Origin: Verrucomicrobiia bacterium | GTDB lineage: Bacteria > Verrucomicrobiota > Verrucomicrobiia > Limisphaerales > SXQI01 | Reading direction: 5' to 3' | NCBI GenBank assembly: GCA_036383895.1 | Contig: DASVNK010000030.1 | Location: 116,490-180,489, forward strand | DNA length: 64,000 nt | In this document: in pieces, positions 24,379 through 33,342 of the stretch | Numbering within the stretch: position 1 is the stretch's first letter | Layout: every line of letters begins with the position of its first letter | Program-made: the position numbers and the translations under genes | Notes under the pieces: generated by a model | The model's input: only the letters and a program-made list of their open reading frames with translations | The model's database searches: none | What the model was told of the DNA's origin: nothing

Positions 24379-27300
24379 ATGCAAAAAACCATTCTTAACG
24401 CTCTCCTTCTTGGGGTTCTATTGGTCTGCGGCTGCAGTTCCGAATCCAAACTCGCGCGGCACATTCAACGCGCCGACGCTTTCTACGAGAAAGGCGAACA
24501 CGAAAAAGCGCGCATCGAATACCTCAACGCCTTTCAACTTGATCAGAGCAATCCGCACGTTGCCTCCCGCCTCGCCGAAGCTTTCCTTAAGGACGGTGAA
24601 GTGATGCAGGCATTCCGGCTCTATGACCGCGCTCTTTCGCTCCAGCCCACCAATAACGACACTCGCATCAAAGTCGCCAGCATTCTTCTCCTCGGCGGCA
24701 AGGCAGCCGACGCCCGCGAACACGCAAGCGAAGTGCTGAAGAACGCACCGCTCCATCCCGATGCTCTGCTCCTTTACGCTAATGCTTCGATCCGCACCAA
24801 CGAACTCGCCGAAGCGCGCACTCGATTCGAATCTCTCGTTGCCGCAAACCCGAACGTTGCGGCCGTTCATCTTGCCAATGCTACCATCGCCCAGCGTCTG
24901 CAATCATGGGACAAAGCCGCGGCCGCCTTCAAACGCGCTGTTGAACTCGAGCCAAAATCAGCCAGGAACAATCTCGCTCTCGGCAGTTTCTATTTCCTTC
25001 GCGGTGACACAAACAACGCCGGCGTTCATCTAAAAGCCGCAATGGAACTATCTCCCGCAAAATCGGTCGAGCGGCTCGGCTACGCTGAGTTCCTCTTAAA
25101 GACTGGCGAATCCAAAGCCGCTGAATCTCTTCTCACTGAAGCGACCACCGCGCATCCTGATTTCACTTCCGCCTGGAACATGCTTACTCAGCTTGCTTTC
25201 GCACAGAATGACACCAACAAAGCCGCCACGCTCATCTCCAGCGCTCTCGCCAAGACCCCGAACGATCGCGATGCTCGCCTCAATCAAGCGCGCCTGAAAC
25301 TCGCTTCGCGAGATTACAAAACGGCGCTCGCGGACCTCCAGCGCCTTGCAGCCGAGCATCCGCGCGACCCTCAAATCCAGTTCCAACTCGCCATCGCTCA
25401 CCTTGCCAACGAAGATCAGAATCAGGCCTTCGCCGCGGTCGATCGTGCCATCAATTTCAATCCAAACAATCTCGATGCACTTCTCCTTCGCGCCCGCCTG
25501 CTCGTTGCGCGCGGCGATTGGAATAATGCCCTGCCCGAACTCAACGATCTCACCCGTCGCTTTCCCAGCGCCTCTCAACCCTACTTCCTCCTGGCCTCCG
25601 CTCACCGTGCTCGTGGCGCCACCAACGAAGCTGCCGCTGCTTACACTACCATCACCAAGGCCTTCCCTAAAGACCCGCTCGGTTTCCAACTCCTCGGCGT
25701 TTCGCTTCGCCAACAAAATAAGCCATCCCAGGCGCGCCAGGCTTTCGAGGAAGCTCTCGGAATCGCGCCCGATTATCTCGCCGCCATCGAAAGTCTCACC
25801 GACCTGGACATCGAAGCGAAACAGTTTGACGCGGCTCTCAAGCGCGTGAGTTTCTACGTGGAGAAATATCCCAAGAGCCCATTGCCTCCGCTCCTATTGG
25901 GTAAAATCTATTTTCAGGAACAAAAAATCAGCGACGCGGAAGCCGCCATCCAAAAGGCCATCGCGTTAGAGCCTGAATTCATGCCTGGCCACCGCACGCT
26001 CGCCAACCTCTACGTCCAGACGAAAGAAACCGATAAAGCTATCGCCAAGTACGAAGCGATCGTCGTTAAAGATTCCAAAGACATCGCCAGCCGTATCCAA
26101 CTCGGCATGCTTTACGATGCCACCAGTAAGTTCGACCGCGCGCTCGAAAACTACGAGGCCGTTCTCAAGCTGAATCCCAACTCGCTCGTTGCCCTCAACA
26201 ACATCGCCTACCTCCTCAGCGAGCGCATCAATCAAGTCGATCGCGCCCTCCAATATGCCCGCCGCGCCCGCGACCTCAACCCGCAGGAACCCGCCGCCGC
26301 CGACACCTTCGGTTGGATTCTGTGGAAGAAGGGCCAATATCCCGAAGCTCTTGCCGCCCTTCAACAGTCCGCCGATCGCCTGCCAGATCAACCCGAGGTC
26401 CAATACCACCTCGGCATGGCGCAATACATGATCGGCGACATCCAGTCCGCTACCGCTTCCCTCACGAAAGCCACTCAATCGACGAATGATTTCATCGGCA
26501 AGAATCTCGCCGCCGATGCTCTCGCGCTCCTTCGAATCAATCCCGCGAAAGGAACGCAGCAGGACATTGAAGCAATTCAAAGCCACGTCTCCAGCAACCC
26601 CAAAGACATTTTCGCTCACGTCCAACTCGCCCGTCTATTCGAAGCAAAAGCCGATTGGAACAAAGCCCGCGAAGCTTACGAAAAAGCGCTTTCCATCAAT
26701 CCCCGTTCTCTCATCGCGCTCTCGGGACTGGCCAACCTCTACGCCACCTCCCTAAACCAGCCAGACCGCGCGTTGGAATATTCACGTCAGGCCTGGAACA
26801 TCGCCCCGAACGCTTCCACCGCGGCAACGGTCGGCCCTGCAGCCTACAATGCCGGCGATTTCAAGTGGGCCAACGGCCGCCTCATCGAGGCGGTGCGCAC
26901 TCAACCTTCACCCACCCTGCTCTACTATAAAGCGCTCGCTTCCTACGCTCTCGGCTCGCTCCCGCAAGCGCGCGATGAGTTCAGTCGGCTCATGAACCAG
27001 TCCCAAGGCCTCGATACCTCGGTTCTCGGACTCGCCAAATCCGCGCTCGTTCTCGTCAAATTCCACCTTGGCGAGGCTTCCCTCGAGGACGCCGAACGCG
27101 CCCTCAAAACCGCCCGCGATCTGAGTCCGCAATTCCTTCCCGCTCTCGTGGCCGAAGGCGAAATTGCTGAGCAGAAGAACGACTTCACCGCCGCGCGCTC
27201 CGCTTACGAATCCGTTCTCAGATCCCGCCCACAAGCGCTCGTCGCCCAACGCCAACTTGCCATCCTTCTCGCGGATAAACTCCCCGACGACAACCGCGCC

Positions 27301-27588
27301 CAACAGCTCGCCACCTCATTGCGCCAGGATTTTCCAGATGATCCCGCGCTCTCTAAAATTCTCGGCAAGGTCGCCTACCGCCGCGGTGAACACCGTGAAG
27401 CCGCGCGTCTGCTTTCCAGCGCCGCCGCTCGCCTCCCGAAAGATGCTGACCTTCTCTTTCATCTCGGGATGGCTCAATATCACGCGAAGGAAAAGGCCGC
27501 CAAGGACAGCCTAAACAAAGCGATCGCCCTCGCGCCGAACGCTCCCTTTGTAGCCGACGCCCGCAAAACGATCGCCGAGCTGAACTGA
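24379..27588 (+). CDS. prsT: PEP-CTERM-system TPR-repeat lipoprotein (PrsT-like)
   Basis: 1069 aa. Lipoprotein-type signal (LLLGVLLVCGCSS). Wall-to-wall TPR repeats. Sits between the exosortase and the PrsK-type kinase, as in described XrtA loci. Confidence 0.75.
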   Translation: MQKTILNALLLGVLLVCGCSSESKLARHIQRADAFYEKGEHEKARIEYLNAFQLDQSNPHVASRLAEAFLKDGEVMQAFRLYDRALSLQPTNNDTRIKVASILLLGGKAADAREHASEVLKNAPLHPDALLLYANASIRTNELAEARTRFESLVAANPNVAAVHLANATIAQRLQSWDKAAAAFKRAVELEPKSARNNLALGSFYFLRGDTNNAGVHLKAAMELSPAKSVERLGYAEFLLKTGESKAAESLLTEATTAHPDFTSAWNMLTQLAFAQNDTNKAATLISSALAKTPNDRDARLNQARLKLASRDYKTALADLQRLAAEHPRDPQIQFQLAIAHLANEDQNQAFAAVDRAINFNPNNLDALLLRARLLVARGDWNNALPELNDLTRRFPSASQPYFLLASAHRARGATNEAAAAYTTITKAFPKDPLGFQLLGVSLRQQNKPSQARQAFEEALGIAPDYLAAIESLTDLDIEAKQFDAALKRVSFYVEKYPKSPLPPLLLGKIYFQEQKISDAEAAIQKAIALEPEFMPGHRTLANLYVQTKETDKAIAKYEAIVVKDSKDIASRIQLGMLYDATSKFDRALENYEAVLKLNPNSLVALNNIAYLLSERINQVDRALQYARRARDLNPQEPAAADTFGWILWKKGQYPEALAALQQSADRLPDQPEVQYHLGMAQYMIGDIQSATASLTKATQSTNDFIGKNLAADALALLRINPAKGTQQDIEAIQSHVSSNPKDIFAHVQLARLFEAKADWNKAREAYEKALSINPRSLIALSGLANLYATSLNQPDRALEYSRQAWNIAPNASTAATVGPAAYNAGDFKWANGRLIEAVRTQPSPTLLYYKALASYALGSLPQARDEFSRLMNQSQGLDTSVLGLAKSALVLVKFHLGEASLEDAERALKTARDLSPQFLPALVAEGEIAEQKNDFTAARSAYESVLRSRPQALVAQRQLAILLADKLPDDNRAQQLATSLRQDFPDDPALSKILGKVAYRRGEHREAARLLSSAAARLPKDADLLFHLGMAQYHAKEKAAKDSLNKAIALAPNAPFVADARKTIAELN

Positions 27589-27671
27589 TACGCAGTTGTT
27601 TTTTCGTGAGTGCCGAACGCCGTTCGCTCTTGTAGCTTCGCGAAAGTAGCTCGCGTTCGCACAATCTTATC

Positions 27672-29762
27672 GTGGACCTCGTCTCGATCTTATTTTTCGC
27701 GACTGCGGCGATCGCCGGGGGGATCGCTGCTTTAGCCTTCGTCCGAAATTCTGGCGCCCCTGCGCGCCGCACTTTCTGCGTCGCACTCGGGCTCCTTGCG
27801 GTCCAGTCAGCCCTCGCAGGCCTCGTACACAATGCCTCTACCACTGACGCAGCCAACTTCTGGCGCACCTGGTGGCTCGTCCCTCAAGCCCTCTCTCCGG
27901 CAGCCTGGCTTCTTTTCGTTCTGAAATATTCTCGCGGCAACTTCTCAATCTCGTTCAAAAACTGGCTACCCATTTTTGTTGCTCTCACCGCCATTCCGCT
28001 GGCCACCATCACGCTCCTTCCGGAAAATGTTCTTATTCCGCAGGCAGTCGGCGATTCTCCCGGATCTTTTGCCATCGGTGGTGCCGGATTTATTCTCTAT
28101 CTTAGCATCGTTCTCGGCTCTGCCCTCATCCTCATCAACCTCGAACGCACCTTCCGTGCCGCCGTCGGCACCATGCGCTGGCGTCTCAAATATGTCATTC
28201 TTGGGACCGCCGCGATTTTCATCGTCAAACTCTACACCTCCTCCCAAGTCGTCCTTTTCAAGTCCCACACCCTCACGCTGGACATCATTAATTCCATCGC
28301 GCTCCTCATCGCTTGCGCACTCTTCCTTGTCGGCCTCCTCCGTTCCGGGCTGTTCCGCGTCGAAGTTTATCCATCGGAGAAAGTCCTCCAATTCTCCGTC
28401 GCGGGAGTTCTCATCGGCGCCTATCTCGTTCTGATCGGACTTTTCTCAAAGATTTTCGCCGGGTGGGAAGGTCCCCAGGCTTTCGCCCTCAAAGCGTTTC
28501 TCCTCCTCTCCTCTCTCGCACTTGTTGGCATTCTTCTCGTCTCGGAACGCTCCCGCGACAAGCTCCGCCGTTTTGTCAGCCGCCATTTCCATCGCCCCTT
28601 TTACGACTACCGTTCGCTCTGGCTCAACTTCACTGAAAAGAGCGCCACCATCGTCGATGCCGACACTCTCTCCCGCACCGTGGCCGACTGGCTTTCCGAA
28701 CATCTACGCGTTCTCTCCACTTCCGTCTGGCTTGTCGACAAAGATTCCGGCACCGCCCGCCTCGCCGCTTCCACTGGCGTTTCCGCTCCAGACCAACAGA
28801 TTACTGGCGCCATTGCTACTGAACTCATCCAGGCGCTCGAACGCGAATCCTCTCCCTTCGACATCGATGATCGCAGTGATTCCTGGATCAATACGCTCCG
28901 GGGGTTCTTCCCCGACCATTTCGAAGGCGCGGGCAATCGCATCTGTGTCCCGCTCACCGCCGCCGGACGCCTCGTCGGTTTCTGCACGCTCGGCGACCGC
29001 GTTAATTACATTCCGCTCGAACTCCAGGAACTTGAACTCCTGAAATGCGTGGGCGACCAGGTCGCTTCCAACCTCCTCAACCTTCAGCTCTCCAACCGCC
29101 TTATTCAGTCCAAGGAAATGGAAGCGTTCCAAACCATCTCCGCTTTCTTCGTCCACGACCTCAAGAACACCGCGTCTACTCTCAATCTCACGCTCCAGAA
29201 TCTCCCGAAACATTTCGACAATCCCGAATTCCGCAAGGACGCGCTCCGCGCGATCGGCAAAAGCGTCAACCACATCCAGGAACTCATATCGCGTCTCACG
29301 CTCTTCCGCCAAAAGCTTGAACTCAACAAAACTTCCGTGGATCTGAACGCCTGCGTCCGTGAGTTCCTCTCGGCCCACAAACAAATCCAAATCTCCATCT
29401 CCACCGACCTCGCGGAAATCCGACCGGTCCTCGCCGACCAGGAACAACTCCAAAAAGTTCTCACCAACCTGGTCCTCAATTCCGTCGACGCTCTCCGCTC
29501 GGGTTCAAACGGCCTTATTCGCATTTCCACCCGTCAGCACAACGGCACGGTCCAACTCAGCGTCACCGATAACGGCTGCGGCATGTCACCGGACTTCATT
29601 GCGCGGTCCCTGTTCCGCCCGTTTCAAACCACTAAGAAGGGGGGCATCGGCATCGGCATGTTCCAAAGCAAAGCCATTATCGAAGCGCACGGCGGCCGCG
29701 TCGAAGTTCAGTCCGAACTTCAAAAAGGAACCACCTTTACCATCTCCCTCCCCGCCTGTTGA
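27672..29762 (+). CDS. prsK: PEP-CTERM-system sensor histidine kinase (PrsK-like)
   Basis: 696 aa, GTG start. About 8 N-terminal membrane spans, GAF-like middle, H-box FVHDLKNTAS, N-box LTNLVLNSVDAL, G-boxes DNGCGM and GGIGIGM. Confidence 0.8.
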   Translation: MDLVSILFFATAAIAGGIAALAFVRNSGAPARRTFCVALGLLAVQSALAGLVHNASTTDAANFWRTWWLVPQALSPAAWLLFVLKYSRGNFSISFKNWLPIFVALTAIPLATITLLPENVLIPQAVGDSPGSFAIGGAGFILYLSIVLGSALILINLERTFRAAVGTMRWRLKYVILGTAAIFIVKLYTSSQVVLFKSHTLTLDIINSIALLIACALFLVGLLRSGLFRVEVYPSEKVLQFSVAGVLIGAYLVLIGLFSKIFAGWEGPQAFALKAFLLLSSLALVGILLVSERSRDKLRRFVSRHFHRPFYDYRSLWLNFTEKSATIVDADTLSRTVADWLSEHLRVLSTSVWLVDKDSGTARLAASTGVSAPDQQITGAIATELIQALERESSPFDIDDRSDSWINTLRGFFPDHFEGAGNRICVPLTAAGRLVGFCTLGDRVNYIPLELQELELLKCVGDQVASNLLNLQLSNRLIQSKEMEAFQTISAFFVHDLKNTASTLNLTLQNLPKHFDNPEFRKDALRAIGKSVNHIQELISRLTLFRQKLELNKTSVDLNACVREFLSAHKQIQISISTDLAEIRPVLADQEQLQKVLTNLVLNSVDALRSGSNGLIRISTRQHNGTVQLSVTDNGCGMSPDFIARSLFRPFQTTKKGGIGIGMFQSKAIIEAHGGRVEVQSELQKGTTFTISLPAC

Positions 29763-29804
29763 CTTCCCGCTCCGGCGGTTCATTCTCCACAGCAAGGAGA
29801 GATA

Positions 29805-30260
29805 ATGAACGCCGACAAACTCAAACCACTCGCCCGCGACCTGCGCAAAACTCCACCGCGCAGTCCGCGCGAAACCCTCGGCGGCTTCGTCATCGCCGCG
29901 CGCATGCTCGACAAGGCCCGTGCCGATCTGCTCAGCATCAACGGCGAATACAATTTCTTTCCCTGCGGTCTCGGGGCCTTCTTCTGGAAATTCACCGGCC
30001 TGGACGCCCAGAAGTTCAAAGAATTCGTCGCCACCGGTGCCACCGACAAAGAAGTCGACCAATGGCTCCGCGCCAACGCCACCCAGAAGGACCCCAAAGC
30101 GATCATCAAGTGGAACAACGAGATGATCGGCCTTCGCCTCTGCGATCTCCCCGACCAGGTCCAGGAATACTTCGAAACCTACATTCCGCAATTCTGCCGG
30201 CCGCCCAGCAAAGTAAAATTCTTCTTCGACGTTTACGATGTTGAAGAGGGCGTCTTGTAA
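29805..30260 (+). CDS. DUF5069-like protein
   Basis: 151 aa with AAGGAGAG Shine-Dalgarno 5 nt upstream. PRSPRETLGGFVIAARMLDKARADL...EYNFFPCGL resembles DUF5069 as I remember it. No functional inference. Confidence 0.5.
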   Translation: MNADKLKPLARDLRKTPPRSPRETLGGFVIAARMLDKARADLLSINGEYNFFPCGLGAFFWKFTGLDAQKFKEFVATGATDKEVDQWLRANATQKDPKAIIKWNNEMIGLRLCDLPDQVQEYFETYIPQFCRPPSKVKFFFDVYDVEEGVL

Positions 30261-30272
30261 CGCGCCTGCCTC

Positions 30273-31157
30273 TCAATCGAATTCCGGCAGCGGAAGATTA
30301 AGGACTGGTCGCTCCACGACCGATCTCAACTGCAACTTCTGCTTCGTTTCCCCGCCCGTCTGCAGAAATAACCAATCCCCTTCGAGCCCAGCGTCAATCG
30401 TCTCCTTGGCCTCCCATTCGGCGCCCGACGCCGTGAACCGCCCGCGACTCAGCGCCACCCAATCCCCGCCCGTCGATTTCACCCATCCTTCACCGAACCG
30501 CGCCCGCCGCGCTTCCTGCGCGCTCTTGTAGTCCCGCCGAAAATCCTCAACGAACGAATACAATCCCTTCAACGGCTGGCCTCCCGTTCGAACGCGGAAA
30601 GTCACCAACTTCCGCCACTTTCCATCCTGCAGCACAAAACCAGTATACGCCGTCTTCTCACCTTCCACCTTCCCGCGCACTAGAAACCGATTCGTCTGGC
30701 CGATCATCCATTCAAAATCACCCATGCATTGCCCGCCGGTTCCTTCGCCGCCGAACCGCCGAATACGCATTGCCGGATCACTGAACAAAACCTCCACGCG
30801 CTCCTCCAATTTCACGGCGTTCGGGTCATCTCCCTTAGTCGGATCCCACACCGAAAAAATGATCACCTTCTTTCCATTGCCTAGTTCCTGGATACCGAAG
30901 TAACCGGTGTTCCATCCGCAAGCCATGAAGTAACTGCCCGGGGTGGATTGATCCACGATCATGCTGGTGGTGAAGATCTCGGCATCCGGCGCCGGCCATC
31001 CCCAATGCACGGATCGAGCAGCGCGCGGTTCCTTTACGTCCGCAGCGAATAGTTGCAGGCCGGCGAGGAGAAGGAGCGGCAGAGATTTGATGGAGTTTGA
31101 TCTGTTCGCTCCATCAATTCTGTTTTTTGTGTTTTTTGTGTGTTGTTTTGTATTCAA
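30273..31157 (-). CDS. secreted DUF3472/DUF5077-like protein
   Basis: Mature part SVHWGWPAP...YFMACGWNTGYFGIQE...IFSVWDP...RFGGEGTGGQ...GFV..DGKWRKLVTFRV..GQPLKGLYSFVEDF matches DUF3472. Signal-like IKSLPLLLLAGLQLFAADV. The nearest canonical start upstream of it is the TTG at 31157. The 424-aa track ORF (to 31547) runs through CA repeats and is rejected. Confidence 0.65.
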   Translation of the reverse strand: MNTKQHTKNTKNRIDGANRSNSIKSLPLLLLAGLQLFAADVKEPRAARSVHWGWPAPDAEIFTTSMIVDQSTPGSYFMACGWNTGYFGIQELGNGKKVIIFSVWDPTKGDDPNAVKLEERVEVLFSDPAMRIRRFGGEGTGGQCMGDFEWMIGQTNRFLVRGKVEGEKTAYTGFVLQDGKWRKLVTFRVRTGGQPLKGLYSFVEDFRRDYKSAQEARRARFGEGWVKSTGGDWVALSRGRFTASGAEWEAKETIDAGLEGDWLFLQTGGETKQKLQLRSVVERPVLNLPLPEFD

Positions 31158-31198
31158 AATCTTGTAAGGGGTTGATGGTGAGTTATTAGGGTTTTTCA

Positions 31199-31318
31199 GA
31201 GCTGTGTGTGCGCAGGGTGTTTTTTGTGTGTGAGCTGTGTGTGAGCTGTGTGTGTGCCGGGTGTGTGCCGGGTGTGTGCCGGGTGTGTGAGGGTGTTTTT
31301 CCGGTGCTTGTTTTGTGT
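31199..31318 (-). repeat. phased CACAC array C, including 11-nt perfect tandem repeats
   Basis: Plus-strand GTGTG blocks start at 31204, 31218, 31226, 31237, 31248, 31261, 31272, 31283, 31293 and 31315 (spacings 14, 8, 11, 11, 13, 11, 11, 10, 22). GTGTGTGCCGG occurs 3 times perfectly (31250-31282) plus 1 imperfect copy. GAGCTGTGTGT occurs twice (31232-31253) plus a dispersed copy at 31199. More units (TGTTTTTTGTG) lie at 31121-31150. Confidence 0.85.
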
Positions 31319-31615
31319 CTGATAACGAACACGGGAACCATGAATCGCGCTGGACCGGGACGAATTCACATGAATTCGCAGACGAGGCAGATCGCCGGTT
31401 GGGGACACACTGAACCTGTCCGTTGTGGGTGTGTTGTGGCCACTTGGCCGGGGTGGGCGAACAGGAGACTCGAGGTCGAGGCTTTTGTTCGGACACGGAC
31501 CGAGCGACCACGAATGTTTGTTCGTGATCATGGGAATGATTTAGCAAAAGAAGGCGCTAGTGTCAACGTGAATTGTGCACGCGGTTAACGGTGAATAGCC
31601 ACTTACCTGGGTTGG

Positions 31616-32050
31616 TTACAGGTGGACAATATCTACGTCGTTCCAAGCGTCCTTGAGATATTCGGCGACAATTCTGCGATGACATTGGTGTGGTTTGTCT
31701 TCGCTGCATAACAGGCAGGCTCCTTTGAAAAGGTCCGGATCGAGTTGTTTCTCGATCGCACGTTCTTTAATCAGGTCGCGGAAGCGTCTTTCATAATTCT
31801 CCCAGCCGCGCTTTTCCTTTCGGTATTCGTCGAGCATCTCCTGAGTGGGCGCGAGCGATGGGAGATGGAGGTATTCGCCGCCGAGAACTTCGCGGGTGAA
31901 AAAGTTTAGATCGTCGCGTTTGCTGAAGCCGGCAAGATGACTAGTGTTATTCAGGCGAACATCCAGGATGCGCTTCACACCGGCATTTCGTAGTCGGCCG
32001 AAAAAATCCGCTGCGCTCTTTTCTGTAAATCCAATTGTGTAAATCTCCAT
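31616..32050 (-). CDS. DUF488 family protein (short paralog)
   Basis: Starts at MEIYTIGFTEKS (ATG 32050), not the track start at 32119. Family motifs: TIGF(T/S), DVR, and LCSEDKPHQCHRRIV (CxE..P..CHR). Begins 4 nt after the stop of the upstream gene. Confidence 0.8.
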   Translation of the reverse strand: MEIYTIGFTEKSAADFFGRLRNAGVKRILDVRLNNTSHLAGFSKRDDLNFFTREVLGGEYLHLPSLAPTQEMLDEYRKEKRGWENYERRFRDLIKERAIEKQLDPDLFKGACLLCSEDKPHQCHRRIVAEYLKDAWNDVDIVHL

Positions 32051-32054
32051 TGAA

Positions 32055-32558
32055 TCACCGTTCTCGATAAACGCTGTCTCTCTCGTAGTAATAGAGCGCA
32101 CGCAAAGCCGACGTAGCATGCTCGCCCCAATGAATTCGATAAGCCTGACGCCAGAATCGCTCGGCTTCGGATGGTGCAGTGTGCTCGTGAATGTAAAGGC
32201 CGTGACTTAAGTCCTGGTAGATGTCTATTAGATCATCGAGCAACTCGCCTGGAAGGACTTCATTCTTTTCAAGCTCAAAGCAGTCGGCGGATTCGAAGTA
32301 CCAGTGAAAAGGTAAATGGGGAAACGACCCCCGCACTTCCTTGTAGTCACGCTTTCGGAACTCGTGGGTTCCCGCGTCATCTTTGCCGTCGTCATTGATT
32401 TTGACAACGAGATGAATCAACTCAGAAAGTGTAATCACCAGCCATCGCTCCAGATCCGCTTTTGGTTCAGCTGACTCGGCCCACCTGCAGAACTCGTGAG
32501 CCACGTCTTTAAAAGTGCGCTTCATCGAATTACCCGTGACCTGCATGTCGTCGCCCAT
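32055..32558 (-). CDS. uncharacterised acidic protein, possibly DUF5063-like
   Basis: 167 aa. C-terminal LLDDLIDIYQDLSHGLYIH...FWRQAYRIHWGEHATSALRALYYY resembles what I recall of DUF5063 (..DIY.DL..GL....W...F..HWG.H...ALRAL). The assignment is unverified. Sandwiched between two DUF488 genes on the same strand. Confidence 0.45.
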   Translation of the reverse strand: MGDDMQVTGNSMKRTFKDVAHEFCRWAESAEPKADLERWLVITLSELIHLVVKINDDGKDDAGTHEFRKRDYKEVRGSFPHLPFHWYFESADCFELEKNEVLPGELLDDLIDIYQDLSHGLYIHEHTAPSEAERFWRQAYRIHWGEHATSALRALYYYERDSVYRER

Positions 32559-32599
32559 TACCTGTCACTTCCTCGATTCAGATTCCTGACCGGTAGTTT

Positions 32600-33196
32600 T
32601 CAACTTCTTTCCTCCTCCTCACCCTGTCGATACGCAATCTTCAACGCTTGCTTTTCATACGCCTGCTCCAACAACTCCTCCGCTGTTTCAAACAACGACG
32701 GCTGATTCAACTTCATCTCCGCGCGCAATCGCTCCTCCAACGTTTCATGCGATTCCAAACTCCCGTCGGCGAGAATGTGCGAGATTTTCACCCCGCGCCT
32801 CCGCAATTCCCGGCACACCAAAATTGTCCGATGACAGGTCAGCGGATCCTTCTCCGTGCACATCAACGCCAGCCGAAATTTCTGCACACCCTCCAATACC
32901 CGCCGAATCCCCTCCGCAAACGCTACCGTCCGCGCGATCAATTCATACCGAGCCTGCCCATCGACATAACATTCCCGCTCACTCCGCCGCGCCCCCAGCT
33001 CCTCTCCCAAGAAAACATAACGGATACTCTCCTTCTTTAACAACGTTTCCAGTATCGGCCGATTAAACTGCGGCAACCGCTGGGAGAATGGACTCGACCG
33101 CACATCCCCCACCGCCGTGATTCCATGCAGCCGAAGCAAGCGCACAAACTCCGTCGGCTCGTGTGTTGAATGACCAATCGTAAACAGCTCCTGCAT
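32600..33196 (-). CDS. DUF488 family protein (long paralog, C-terminal helical extension)
   Basis: MQELFTIGHSTH, GDVRS and LMCTEKDPLTCHRTILV carry the same TIGHS / DVR / CxE..P..CHR motifs. An extra ~55-aa charged tail follows (ETLEERLRAEMK...GEEEERS). Confidence 0.8.
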   Translation of the reverse strand: MQELFTIGHSTHEPTEFVRLLRLHGITAVGDVRSSPFSQRLPQFNRPILETLLKKESIRYVFLGEELGARRSERECYVDGQARYELIARTVAFAEGIRRVLEGVQKFRLALMCTEKDPLTCHRTILVCRELRRRGVKISHILADGSLESHETLEERLRAEMKLNQPSLFETAEELLEQAYEKQALKIAYRQGEEEERS

Positions 33197-33316
33197 CGTC
33201 CGCCCAATTTTTCAACTGAACGAACCCGGCCGCAATGTTTTAACGCAGTTCGCCACTCGGTTTTCGCGCTCTAGTAGTGTCGTTCGAAATTGGAGCTTCA
33301 CACCACGTGCTCGGTG

Positions 33317-33333
33317 TGCTATCATTGATAGCA
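33317..33333. promoter_or_regulatory. palindromic operator candidate for the RHH antitoxin
   Basis: TGCTATCA-T-TGATAGCA is a perfect 8+8 palindrome ending 10 nt before the antitoxin ATG (33343). Confidence 0.5.
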
Positions 33334-33342
33334 GTAATCAAC

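Noticed and set aside
28704-29453. 249-aa minus-strand ORF, and similar ones at 29586-30191, 25096-25716 and 25966-26625
   Set aside because: All are antisense to prsK or prsT, which have strong family motifs. They are acidic or glycine-rich low-complexity translations.
31158-31547. N-terminal 130-codon extension of the DUF3472 ORF (the track gives 424 aa)
   Set aside because: The extension is encoded by the CACAC repeat array, giving H/T/P-rich nonsense such as HTHSSHTAHTQKTP. The real signal peptide starts near 31090. The open frame is a by-product of stop-poor repeat composition.
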